This document shows positions 46,705 to 59,600 of a DNA stretch of 64,000 nucleotides, one piece after another. Location of the stretch: assembly GCA_964187785.1 (NCBI GenBank), contig OZ076414.1, positions 26,908,001-26,972,000 on the forward strand, read 5' to 3'. The translations under genes and the position numbers were made by a program. Origin of the DNA: Amphiscolops sp. MND2022. Taxonomy: Eukaryota. Positions within the stretch are counted from its first letter, which is position 1, and each line of letters starts with the position of its first letter. A model generated the notes under the pieces. It searched no databases, had not been told where the DNA came from, and was given only the letters and a program-made list of their open reading frames with translations.

Positions 46705-49700
46705 CCATCCGATATCGCTGTTTATGATTTTCAATATAATTTTGTCTAATCTTTATTTAATCACAACATGTCAGCTACGGTTTTCTGCTATCGGTTTCCT
46801 ATTACCACAAAGTCAATCCCGAGACGTATTTCGTTACTTTTTTCCGTTGGAAGAAAAAATGATTCAACTCGAATAACATAATTTTGTTCCTAAAAAAAAA
46901 TTCACGTTTTCAACGCTTTCCACCACCACATACTCTCATCAACGTCCATCGTCCCTGGTCCTTTCCACGACATATACCCCTTTTCCACTTGACATGTTCG
47001 TTTGAACGAGGAGAAAATTAATCGCAAGTTGAACGATGACTTTTCTTTGTGATGATTCAATCTCGATGAATTGAGAAAAGATCCATCGGAGATCTGAAAA
47101 AAATGAAACGTCGCACAAAAAACGTCAGGTTCGTCAGTACACCCACAAACAGTTTTCACTGAGCACTTTTCGGCAAAGTTGCGCTCAACGACTTTTTATC
47201 CTTGCCATCAAAAATGTAGAAGTCGGTGAATCAGTCTCCAATTGTTCCAATGGACCACAAGGTAGTCCATGAAAAATTATTCCGGTTCTTGTTCTTCCAA
47301 TTTCACATGCGAGAAGTTATAACGCTTTTGATTTCGTTGAAAACTTCATACTGAGCGCTTTTCAATCCAGTAAGAATCATTGTAGTGTATTTCATGTTTA
47401 AAACCCTAGGACCATATTCCTTGTCCCTCCGCGAGTTACACCTTGTTTCTTATCCCCCAACACGAAAACAACATTCTTGCCGATAAAACTTCTTTGGCGA
47501 ATGAAAATGGTTCATTAAATTTTTGATACACAAAAGATTGTCCCTAGAGCTGTTTCGATGCTTGCTACAAACTATCCATACTTTTTGATATCTTTTGACA
47601 AAAAAAAACAAAAATTCACCCCTGGAACAAGCTAAAATTGTATACGAAAGCACCTATTTTTACGCAAACTTCATCGGCCAGAACTTAAAATGAGCAAATT
47701 TTAACTGGGGATCAATGTGAAACATACAAAAAAAGAATAATTATCGACATTAATTAATTCTTTAGACGGAATTGTCAGCGCAAACGTCGAGAGACTGGTA
47801 TTTGAACTTTGTTACTTATTCCCAAGAACGCCGCTTTAGTGAGAGATGGTCCAACCTACTTTTTGGTGACGTCACAATTTCGAATTCAATCGCTCGATGC
47901 AAAGTTTGGCAATTTCTCAAATTTTTCGAAATTCCATCTTCCTTCGTCAATACGAAGTGAATCAAGCAGTGCCGAAAATCGGGCGTCTACAGTGCTTTCT
48001 GTCTAGAACTCAAAAAATGCATTTAGTCAAACTTTTGCGTTTAGTCAAACCTGTAAACAAAAAGTTCATAGGAATTTTAAATGCTGTGAGTTGTCTATCA
48101 TTCAGCATAAAGGAAATGCAGCGAAAACAAATTTCAGATGGGCAAATCATTTGGTTTTTCGTTGTTATTTTGACACAATTGTTCATACTAGCTGTTTGAC
48201 TAGCTGAAATGCTCAAATAACTTCGCGAAGTCAGTTTCGCCAGGACGCAGGAGCTGAAGTTTAGAATGACGACATATATGGGCAATTTTTTCCAAAGTTA
48301 AAATTCCAAAAAGTCTTCCGTGATTTTGTCAAAAAAATTCGAATAAGCTTTCCGGTAATACTTTCTGCACGTCGAACTACAGTGTGAAACTTCGAAGACC
48401 ACGTGTCCTTAAATTGGCGGCTGTGTATAATTGTTCAATAATGCCAAGTTAGGTAATAATTTTGGGGATGAATGATGACACTAGCTTGTCCAATTTAATG
48501 GCACAAGTATTGACTCTACCTCGGAATATAGTGGAGAGTTTTCTGAATGTTTTGAAAATTTGTTTTGATGTGTAACGACATCCTTACCTCCACTCCTAGT
48601 GAGAGTCAGTGCCCGTAAATGTGCGTTGTCTGATTTGAGGAAGCACGTGGCGTGGATAGTGTAGTACGGGCTGTTAATTTCACTCATATGTGAGGTTTTT
48701 GAACTTTGAATGTAGATGATGAAAATATGTGGTTTTTCAGTAACGGAAAACAATTTTTTAAAACCATTTTTATTATTTGGAACGTGCTCAGACGGTCATA
48801 AATATTGCAGTCTGAAAAAAGATATCCACTTTCACAGTTTCCGCTTAGTATCCCATTCTCAATGCCTCGATTTGTCGCCGTTTCCGAGCATTTATCTGAT
48901 AGCGTATATGTGCCACGGATGAACAAGTTGACTTTGCATTATCGAATGGGACAAGTGAGCTGGTAGTTTGTTCTGAGCCACGGGTCTCAATGGCTCTTCA
49001 GGGCGGTGATGCGGCACGTGTTCGAGAAAGAGCGACGAGGATGCAAAAGAGAATTTTAATAATGTAGTTTTTGTCTGATGGATTTAGCAACAGGCTTGTC
49101 AAGAATTTTTTCCCATGGGCTCTGCTGGGATATTATTTGGAATGAGTAGTGAGTCTTGATTTGCATTTTCTCAATGTTTCCTTTCGGTTGCAGACCATTG
49201 GTGTGTGTGCTGTCTCCCTTCTGACGTGATGACCAACGTGGCACCGGATCATTGAAATATGTCACCTGGGAAAGGAAAAAATGATTTGTCATCTATAAAC
49301 GTTACTGTCGAATGATCGAATCCTCAACCTTTGTCTTCATTCGTGATGATAAAGAATTTGATTTTGTTTCATCCGTGAAAATGGGCCAGCTGTTTGATAA
49401 ACAATTTCCCACATCAGCAAGGAGCACACGAAGTGAATTAAAAGGTTCATGGGTTATCACTTCCGAATAATACAGTATTCTGTGATACCAAAACAATTAA
49501 CAAATGAATACGCTCTGCAAGAAAATATTTCATTTTTCTCTCAGACGTTGGTCATCTTGTTTTGAGAGGTTACACACAAACAATAAATGAGTATAAGAAA
49601 TTAGCGTTATCAGAATATTGAGTTTCTGGAACGGCTGTCATGATTAGTAGAACACTGGTCTAGCAGCTGTTCCTGATGATCAATGCCATCAGATGAACGA

Positions 49701-52700
49701 TTCACCAACGTGCTGATGTTTCATTTTTCCTTGTTGTTATTGCTTCGGTGACACTTTCTAGAAATTTTTGCACAGCATATTTGCTTAAACATGCTTAAAC
49801 AATGAGTTAAACACAGATATTAAGCATACATAAAGCACGTTCTGTCCGCTGATTTTTCATGCACCGGAGGCACAGTTCGGTCGGTGACCAAAGCAATGAA
49901 AGATTGCATACTTTCAAGATTTTTCTCTGATAAAGTTTCGTTTCACCTCCCCCTTTAGAAACATCCAGAAATGCCGCTGCTTACTACTCGAGGTAAGAAG
50001 TACTAGTCACCTAGAAAGCCCGAGGTAACCATGATCATGCAACTGCGACCCTCATACAGAAAACTTAATTCCCTACTGAATCATGCCGCCCTGAAATGAA
50101 GTCAAACCTTGATAGGAACTAAGGCGTTAGTCACCTGGTGCTAATGAACACGCGTATCATCCTATCCATCTTTTATTTTCATGTATTCAAATGCAAAAGT
50201 CTTTCAAATTTTGATCAGCAATACAAGGATATTTTTTGTTTAGAAATCGAATCAAAGTTGCTCGGTTGAAGGATCCCAGTAACTGTAGTGTTCTCGTACA
50301 GTTGTGAAGCCATTAGGACCGAGTGTCAGTCATTAGGTGGGATGGTTACATCTTCCCTAATGCAAATGGGTTCCATGACGTTGGTATATTTGTGGTCAGC
50401 GGTCTTTAATTGCATGGAGAAGAAAGGGAAGTTCAGGACTCCTTGTCTCATGTCCAGAATAGTATTGTTCCGTTGAAGGAACGAAAGACCGATTAATGGA
50501 CTAGTGAGTTTTTCCATGACTACAAATATCTCGTGGAATTCTATGTCGCCTACTTCAAATTTCAGCTCGACCGTGCTCTTGGGGGTCTCCAGCTGCCCAT
50601 TAGCAACCATGATTTGGAAGCTGGGTGCCGGGCCCTCTTTGACAATAGACTGAGGGGCTAGTAATCGGATTTTACGTAGATCAGCTTCTGGGATTGCACT
50701 AGATAGTGCTCTCGTGTCTACAAGGCCATCTAATGTAAGTTCTCCAAAATCCATTGGGAAATTGAGCATACGGCGCCTATATTTGAGGCCAAGATTGGTT
50801 GTCAGCGGTACATAGTCTGGTTCCCCCTGTCTGGTGACTAGGGTGTTCACAAAGCGTGCTGCAACGGCTGTCGCCAAGGAGACCTGTGGACCCACACGGT
50901 GAGATTCATCGTCAGCTACGGAGTGGGTCGTTTGATGAATGGGGTGAGTACCATGTTGCCATGGACAACTCGGGCCTTTGCAAGGACCGTGTTCAATGCT
51001 CGATCAGTTTCATAAGAATCTGCCTCAATGTTTTGGTTCGGCTTGTTAAAGTTATGGTAATAGTATAGATGATGTTGATTGTAGGAGTTAGCGTCCCAAT
51101 AGGGGTCAAAACCATGGTCAGGATCAAAGTAATATGGGTTATAGTCATCAATGAGAGGTATTATAAATCGTATAGTAGTAGTTTCGTTTTGTAGTCTGAT
51201 GGACATAGGGCCCGAAGTGTTGGAAAATGTAGGAGGGGTCTTCACCTGCTGCTGCCAGTCAGCTAATGACGTGTCTTTAAGTGAGGTATAATATTCAGTA
51301 TAATATATGTTTGGATGGTCAGATATTATGTTTTGTCGGACACGGAGTTTTTCATTTATTTGGAGTCGTGGCAAATCTAGTTTTTTGAGTTTTTCAAAAT
51401 AGAAGTTGTTTGTTTATTTTGGGCTTCGTTGTTACTTGTGGACGCCTCCTCAGTTTTAGAATCCTCTAGTTTGAGGTTTTTGGGCTTGAGGTGGGCTCCT
51501 GCGCCTTTCCAACATCGTTCCGCCGGGTGGTTTGTTTTGCCGCAAGTTGGACATTTTGGATCTTCTTTCTTGGTATCCTGCCCGTCATTGCGGCGTTGCT
51601 ACTCCTTTCTTTTGAGTTTGCGACAGTCAGCTTTGACATGGGCGGGTTTTTTGCAATAGTTGCAAGTAATATTTGGGTCTATTCCCGAGGAAAGAGGGCC
51701 AGTTCCCGGTCGTGTTGCTGTGGGGGCAGTGGACATTTTTGGTACTGGAGTGTCGTCCCCCTCCCCAAGTCCATTGAGCTCTAGTTCACGTTTAAATGAG
51801 TGACAGTTTCGTCATAAGTAGCATTTTCGAGTCTAGCCATATTGACTGAGCGTTTCAATTTCGGCGGCATTTTGGCATATAGGAGACTATCGGTCATTGC
51901 CTGGGCGTTTTCGGCAAACGCTTTTTCGGCTCGTTGATTGAGTTCTTCAAGGAAGTTTCGCAATTTCGTGGTTTTTTGGTCAAACACCAATCTATGCCAT
52001 TTGTGTTTGGCGGTCACCTGGGACTCAGGTTTGACGTATTTCCGACGATGTCTTCCAAGGTTTGCCTGTTTGCCGTATTGATGTTACGGAAAGTTTGTGG
52101 GGCATTCTTTTGTAAAAATGAATGACAATGATTCATTTTCATTGTTTTGGTCATATCAGGTTGCATTTTGATCATTGTGTGAAAGAGATCTTCGAAGAGT
52201 TCGAATTTCTCTGACTTTCTATCGAACGCCAGTGTAGTAGTGCTAACTGGGCGTACCGTCAGTGTTTGAGCTGATGGACGGTTTTTCATGCCAACTAGTA
52301 CTTCTGCCAGTCGGTGAAGGGGGTCAGAAGAAGTAGTTGGTGTTGTACCCTCAGGGACCTGGGGGGGTTTGTGTCCTGAGGTTCGTCAATGTTGGAATTT
52401 TGGTGTTGCGGAGGTTCTCGGGATTGCATGGGACGTCCAGTGAGAAAATCAGGAACCATATGTGGGGTAGGTTTGGCTCCTGTCACCATGTCGCGTTTTT
52501 GTTCGCTACTATAAGATTCTACTGAACTTTGTCGAGACATTTGACTACTATTCTCCTGTATAAAACAAAAAGTGCGGGACGCAGAATTTCATATGCTTTC
52601 AAACGATACACATAACCAGACATTTCTTCTATAGTGATTTGATACCACTTGTACCTGCTTATTTTTGTTCTGTTGATAATATTATCTTCAAACTCATTGT

Positions 52701-53608
52701 TGACTGAACTCAAGTTTCAATGCCTTCTACCCGCAAGCAAAAGGCAAAGGAGCGACGCTCTAGACAATTAGACATGTTGTCTGACGTAGAAAAAACTGAC
52801 ATAATGCTAGGGAGTTATTCTAGAGAAGACGAAGACAACAATGCAAGTGAGAATGAGGCCAATTTGGAGTCAGTGTCTAATCGGCCACAGCAAAGTTCAA
52901 TTGTGATAGGAGACGATTTTAGGTCGTTACTAAAAACAAACAGCAGGGAATTAGTGAAATTACCATTGAAACTACCAGGATGATTAGGGAGGAAATTTCT
53001 AATCAGATGTCAAGGGAATTGAACGAGATCAAAAATAGTTTGAATTTTCAAATACAAGACACGATCAGCAGCGCAATCACTGAGAAAATACCCCTTCAAT
53101 TCAAAATACATTAGAAATGCAGGGGAGAGCTAATTATCGCACAATGGACCGAGGGTCCGTCGGGCTACAGGAAAGAACGAATGTGGCTAGTTCCACTATG
53201 GGAGACAGGGTGTCCAGTGAGGTACAACGGAACACCGAAGTGGATAATGGCCATATATTATGGGAAAGTCGTTCGAAAAGGTGTTTTATACAGGAGAATA
53301 GTAGACAAATGTCTCGACAAAGTTCAGTAGAATCTTATAGTAGCGAACAAAATCGCGACACCATCCGATATCGCTGTTTATGATTTTCAGTATGATTTTT
53401 GTCTAATCTTTATTTAATCACAACATGTCAGCTACGGTTTTCTGCAATCGGTTTCCTATTACCACAAAGTCAATCCCGAGACGTATTTCGTTACTTTTTT
53501 CCGTTGGAAGAAAAAATGATTCAACTCGAATAACATAATTTTGTTCCTAAAAAATAACTCACGTTTTCAGCGCTTTCCACGCGTATCAGCTCCACAAACC
53601 CCGGGTGG

Positions 53609-53664
53609 TGTACTGTTAGGTGGAAGGTTTAGGGGGCCCCCTAAACCTCACACCTAACAGTACA
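53609..53664. repeat. 56-bp hairpin (28-bp arms, 2 mismatches, centre GGGGG|CCCCC); second copy at 60352-60407
   Basis: TGTACTGTTAGGTGGAAGGTTTAGGGGG followed by CCCCCTAAACCTCACACCTAACAGTACA; absent from unit 1. Confidence 0.9.
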
Positions 53665-56600
53665 ACACCACATACTCTCATCAACGTCCATCGTCCGTAG
53701 TCCTTTCCACGACATATACCCATTTTCCACTTGACATGTTCGTTTGAACGAGGAGAAAATTAATCGCAAGTTGAACGATGACTTTTCTTTGTGATGATTC
53801 ATTGTCGATGAATTGAGAAAAGATCCATCGGAGATCTGAAAAAAAATGAAACGTCGCACAAAAAACGTCAGGTTCGTCAGTACACCCACAAACAGTTTTC
53901 ACTGAGCACTTTTCTGCAAAGTTGCGCTCAACGACTTTTTATCCTTGCCATCAAAAATGTAGAAGTCGGTGAATCAGTCTCCTATTGTTCCATTGGACCA
54001 CAAGGTAGTTCGTGAAAAATTATTCCGGTTCTTGTTCTTCCAATTTCACATGCGAGAAGTTATAACGCTTTTGATTTCGTTGAAAACTTCATACTGAGCG
54101 CTTTTCAATCCAGTAAGAATCATTGTAGTTTATTTCATGTTTAAAACCCTGGGACCATATTCCTTGTCCCTCCGCGAGTTACACCTTGTTTCTTATCCCC
54201 AACACGAAAACAACATTCTTGCCGATAAAACTTCTTTGGCGAATGAAAATGGTTCATTAAATTTTTGATACACAAAAGGTTGTCCCTAGAGCTGTTTCGA
54301 TGCTTGCTACAAACTATCCATACTTTTTGATTTCTTTTGACAAAAAAAAAACAAAAATTCACCCCTGGAACAAGCTAAAATTGTATACGAAAGCACCTAT
54401 TTTTACGCAAACTTCATCGGCCAGAACTTAAAATGAGCAAATTTTAACTGGGGATCAATGTGAAACATACGAAAAAAGAATATTTATCGACATTAATTAA
54501 TTCTTTAGACGGAATTGTCAGCGCAAACGTCGAGAGACTGGTATTTGAACTTTGTTACTTATTCCCAAGAACGCCGCTTCAGTGAGAGATGGTCCAACCC
54601 ACTTTTTGGTGACGTCACAATTTCGAATTCAATCGCTCGATGCAAAGTTTGGCAATTTCTCAAATTTTTCGAAATTCCATCTTCCTTTGTCAATACGAAG
54701 TGAATCAAGCAGTGCCGAAAATCGGGCGTCTACAGTGCTTTTTGTCTAGAACTCAAAAAATGCATTTAGTCAAACTTTTGCGTTTAGTCAAACCTGTAAA
54801 CAAAAAGTTCATAGGAATTTTAAATGCTGTGAGTTGTCTATCATTCAGCATAAAGGAAATGCAGCGAAAACAAATTTCAGATGGGCAAATCATTTGGTTT
54901 TTCGTTGTTATTTTGACACAATTGTTCATACTAGCTGTTTGACTAGCTGAAATGCTCAAATAACTTCGCGAAGTCAGTTTCGCCAGGACGCAGGAGCTGA
55001 AGTTTAGAATGACGACATATATGGGCAATTTTTTCCAAAGTTATAAAATTCCAAAAAGTCTTCCGTGATTTTGTCAAAAAAATTCGAATAAATTTTCCGG
55101 TAATACTTTCTGCACGTCGAACTACAGTGTGAAATTTCGAAGACCACGTGTCCTTGAATTGGCGGCTGTGTATAATTGTTCAATAATTCCAAGTTAGGTA
55201 ATAATTTTGGGGATGAATGATGACACTAGCTTGTCCAATTTAATGGCACAAGTATTGACTCTACCTCGGAATATAGTGGAGAGTTTTCTGAATGTTTTGA
55301 AAATTTGTTTTGATGTGTAACGACATCCTTACCTCCACTCCTAGTGAGAGTCAGTGCTCGTAAATGTGCGTTGTCTGATTTGAGGAAGCACGTGGCGTAG
55401 ATAGTGTAGTACGGGCTGTTAATTTCACTCATATGTGAGGTTTTTGAACTTTGAATGTAGATGATGAAAATATGTGGTTTTTCAGTAACGGAAAACAATT
55501 TTTTAAAACCATTTTTATTATTTGGAACGTGCTCAGACGGTCATAGATATTGCAGTCTGAAAAAAGATATCCACTTTCACAGTTTCCGCTTAGTATCCCA
55601 TTCTCAATGCCTCGATTTGTCGCCGTTTCCGAGCATTTATCTGAATAGCGTATATGTGCCACGGATGAACAAGTTGACTTTGCATTATCGAATGGGACAA
55701 GTGAGCTGGTAGTTTGTTCTGAGCCACGGATCTCAATGGCTCTTCAGGGCGGTGATGCGGCACGTGTTCGAGAAAGAGCGACGAGGATGCATAAGAGAAT
55801 TTTAATAATGTAGTTTTCGTCTGATGGATTTAGCAACAGGCTTGTCAAGAATTTTTTCTCATGGGCTCTGCTGGGATATTATTTGGAATGAGTAGTGAGT
55901 CTTGATTTGCATTTTCTCAATGTTTCCTTTCGGTTGTAGACCATTGGTGTGTGTGCTGTCTCCCTTCTGACGTGATGACCAACGTGGCACCGGATCATTG
56001 AAATATGTCACCTGGGAAAAGAAAAAATGATTTGTCATCTATAAACGTTACTGTCGAATGATCGAATCCTCAACCTTTGTCTTCATTCGTGATGATAAGA
56101 ATTTGATTTTGTTTCATCCGTGAAAATGGGCCAGCTGTTTGATAAACAATTTCCCACATCAGCAAGGAGCACACGAAGTGAATTAAAAGGTTCATAGGTT
56201 ATCACTTCCGAATAATACAGTATTCTGTGATACCAAAACAATTAACAAATAAAAACGCTCTGCAAGAAAAAATTTCAAATTTCTCTCAGACGTTGGTCAT
56301 CTTGGTTTGGGAGGTTACACACAAACAATAAATGAGTATAAGAAAATGGCGTTGTCAGAATATTGAGTTTCTGGAACGGCTGTCATGATTAGTAGAACAC
56401 TGGTCTAGCAGCTGTTCCTGATGATCAATGCCATCAGATGAACGATTCACCAACGTGCTGATGTTTCATTTTTCCTTGTTATTATTGCTTCGGTGACACT
56501 TTCTAAAAAATTTTGCACAGCATATTTGCTTAAACATGCTTAAACAATGAGTTAAACACAGATATTAAGCATTCATAAAGCATGTTCTGTCCGCTGAGTT

Positions 56601-59600
56601 TTCATGCAACGGAGGCACAGTTCGGTCGGTGACCAAAGCAATGAAAGATTGCATACTTTCAAGATTTTTCTCTGATAAAGTTTCGTTTCACCTCCCCCTT
56701 TAGAAACATCCAGAAACGCCGCTGCTTACTACTCGAGGTAAGAAGTACTAGTCACCTAGAAAGCCCGAGGTAACCATGATCATGCAACTGCGACCCTCAT
56801 ACAGAAAACTTAATTCCCCACTGAATCATGCCGCCCTGAAATGAAGTCAAACCTTGATAGGAACTAAGGCGTTAGTCACTTGGTGCTAATGAACACGAGT
56901 ATCATCCTATCCATCTTTTATTTTCATGTATTCAAATGCAAAAGTCTTTCAAATTTTGATCAGCAATACAAGGATATTTTTTGTTTTGAAATCGAATCAA
57001 AGTTGCTCGGTTGAAGGATCCCAGTAACTGTAGTGTTCTCGTACAGTTGTGAAGCCATTAGGACCGAGTGTCAGTCATTAGGTGGGATGGTTACATCTTC
57101 CCTAATGCAAATGGGTTCCATGACGTTGGTATATTTGTGGTCAGCGGTCTTTAATTGCATGGAGAAGAAAGGGAAGTTCAGGACTCCTTGTCTCATGTCC
57201 AGAATAGTATTGTTCCGTTGAAGGAACGAAAGACCGATTAATGGACTAGTGAGTTTTTCCATGACTACAAATATCTCGTGGAATTCTATGTCGCCTACTT
57301 CAAATTTCAGCTCGACCGTGCTCTTGGGGGTCTCCAGCTGCCCATTAGCAACCATGATTTGGAAGCTGGGTGCCGGGCCCTCTTTGACAATAGACTGAGG
57401 GGCTAGTAATCGGATTTTACGTAGATCAGCTTCTGGGATTGCACTAGATAGTGCTCTCGTGTCTACAAGGCCATCTAATGTAAGTTCTCCAAAATCCATT
57501 GGGAAATTGAGCATACGGCGCCTATATTTGAGGCCAAGATTGGTTGTCAGCGGTACATAGTCTGGTTCCCCCTGTCTGGTGACTAGGGTGTTCACAAAGC
57601 GTGCTGCAACGGCTGTCGCCAAGGAGACCTGTGGACCCACACGGTGAGATTCATCGTCAGCTACGGAGTCGGTCGTTTGATGAATGGGGTGAGTACCATG
57701 TTGCCATGGACAACTCGGGCCTTTGCAAGGACCGTGTTCAATGCTCGATCAGTTTCATAAGAATCTGCCTCAATGTTTTGGTTCGGCTTGTTAAAGTTAT
57801 GGTAATAGTATAGATGATGTTGATTGTAGGAGTTAGCGTCCCATTAGGGGTCAAAACCATGGTCAGGATCAAAGTGATATGGGTTATAGTCATCAATGAG
57901 AGGTATTATAAGTCGTATAGTAGTAGTTTCGTTTTGTAGTCTGATGGACATTGGGTCCGAAGTGTTGGAAAATGTAGGAGGGGTCTTCACCTGCCGCTGC
58001 CAGTCAGCTAATGATGTGTCTTTAAGTGAGGTATAATATTCAGTATAATAAATGTTTGGATGGTCAGATATTATGTATTGTCGGACACGTAGTTTTTCAT
58101 TTATTTGGAGTCGTGGCAAATCTAGTTTTTTGGGTTTTTCAAAATAGAAGTTGTTTGTTTATTTTGGGCTTCGTTGTTACTTGTGGACGCCTCCTCAGTT
58201 TTAGAATCCTCTAGTTTGAGGTTTTTGGGCTTGAGGTGGGCTCCTGCGCCTTTCCAACATCGTTCCGCCGGGTGGTTTGTTTTGCCGCAAGATGGACATT
58301 TTGGATCTTCTTTCTTGGTATCCTGCCCGTCATTGCGGCGTTGCTACTCCTTTCTTTTGAGTTTGCGACAATCAGCTTTGACATGGCCGGGTTTTTTGCA
58401 ATAGTTGTTAGTAATATTTGGGTCTATTCCCGAGGAAAGAAGGCCAGTTCCCGGTCGTGTTGCTCTGGGGGCAGTGGACATTTTTGGTACTGGAATGTCG
58501 TCCCCCTCCTCAAGTCCATTGAGCTCTAGTTCACGTTTTAAATAATGACAGTTTCGTCATAAGTAGCGTTTTCGAGTCTAGCCATATTGACTGAGCGTTT
58601 CAATTTCGGCGGCAATTTGGCATATAGGAGACTATCGGTCATTGCCTGGGCGTTTTCGGCAAACGCTTTTTCGGCTCGTTGATTGAGTTCTTCAAGGAAG
58701 TTTCGCAATTTCATGGTTTTTTGGTCAAACACCAATCTATGCCATTTGTGTTTGGCGGTCTCCTGGGACTCAAGTTTGACGTATTTCCGACGATGTCTTC
58801 CGAGGTTTGCCTGTTTGCCGTATTGATGTTACGGAAAGTTTGTGGGGCATTCTTTTGTAAAAATGAATGAAAATGATTCATTTTCATTGTTTTGGTCATA
58901 TCAGGTTGCATTTTGATCATTGTGTGAAAGAGATTTTCGAAGAGTTCGAATTTCTCTGACTTTCTATCGAACGTCAGTGTTGTTGTGCTAACTGGGCGTA
59001 CCGTCAGCGTTTGAGCTGATGGACGGTTATTCATGCCAACTAGTACTTCTGCCAGTCGGTGAAGGGGGTCAGAAGAAGTAGTTGGTGTTGTAGCCTCAGG
59101 GACCTGGGGGGTTGTGTCCTGAGGTTCGTCAATGTTGGAATTTTGGTGTTGCGGAGGTTCTCGGGATTGCATGGGACGTCCAGTGAGAAATTCAGGAACC
59201 ATATGTGGGGTAGGTTTGGTTCCTGTCACCATGTCGCGTTTTTGTTCGCTACTATAAAATTCTACTGAACTTTGTCGAGACATTTGACTACTATTCTCCT
59301 GTATAAAACAAAAAGTGCGGGACGCAGAATTTCATATGCTTTCAAACGATACACATAACCAGACAGTTCTTCTATTGTGATTTGATACCACTTGTACCTG
59401 CTTATTTTTGTTCTGTTGATAATATTATCTTCAAACTCATTGTTGATTGAACTCAAGTTTCAATGCCTTCTACCCGCAAGCAAAAGGCAAAGGAGCGACG
59501 CTCTAGACAATTAGACATGTTGTCTGACGTAGAAAAAACTGACATAATGCTAGGGAGTTATTCTAGAGAAGATGAAGACAACAATGCAAGTGAGAATGAG

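Noticed and set aside
49056-49496. Host gene exons joined by a short GTAAC...TTTCCCAG intron on the minus strand
   Set aside because: Splicing gives a stop codon in every frame I tested, and the protein is not recognisable.
53609-53664. Telomeric repeats (TTAGG, TTTAGGG)
   Set aside because: Only isolated single motifs within a hairpin, not a tandem array.
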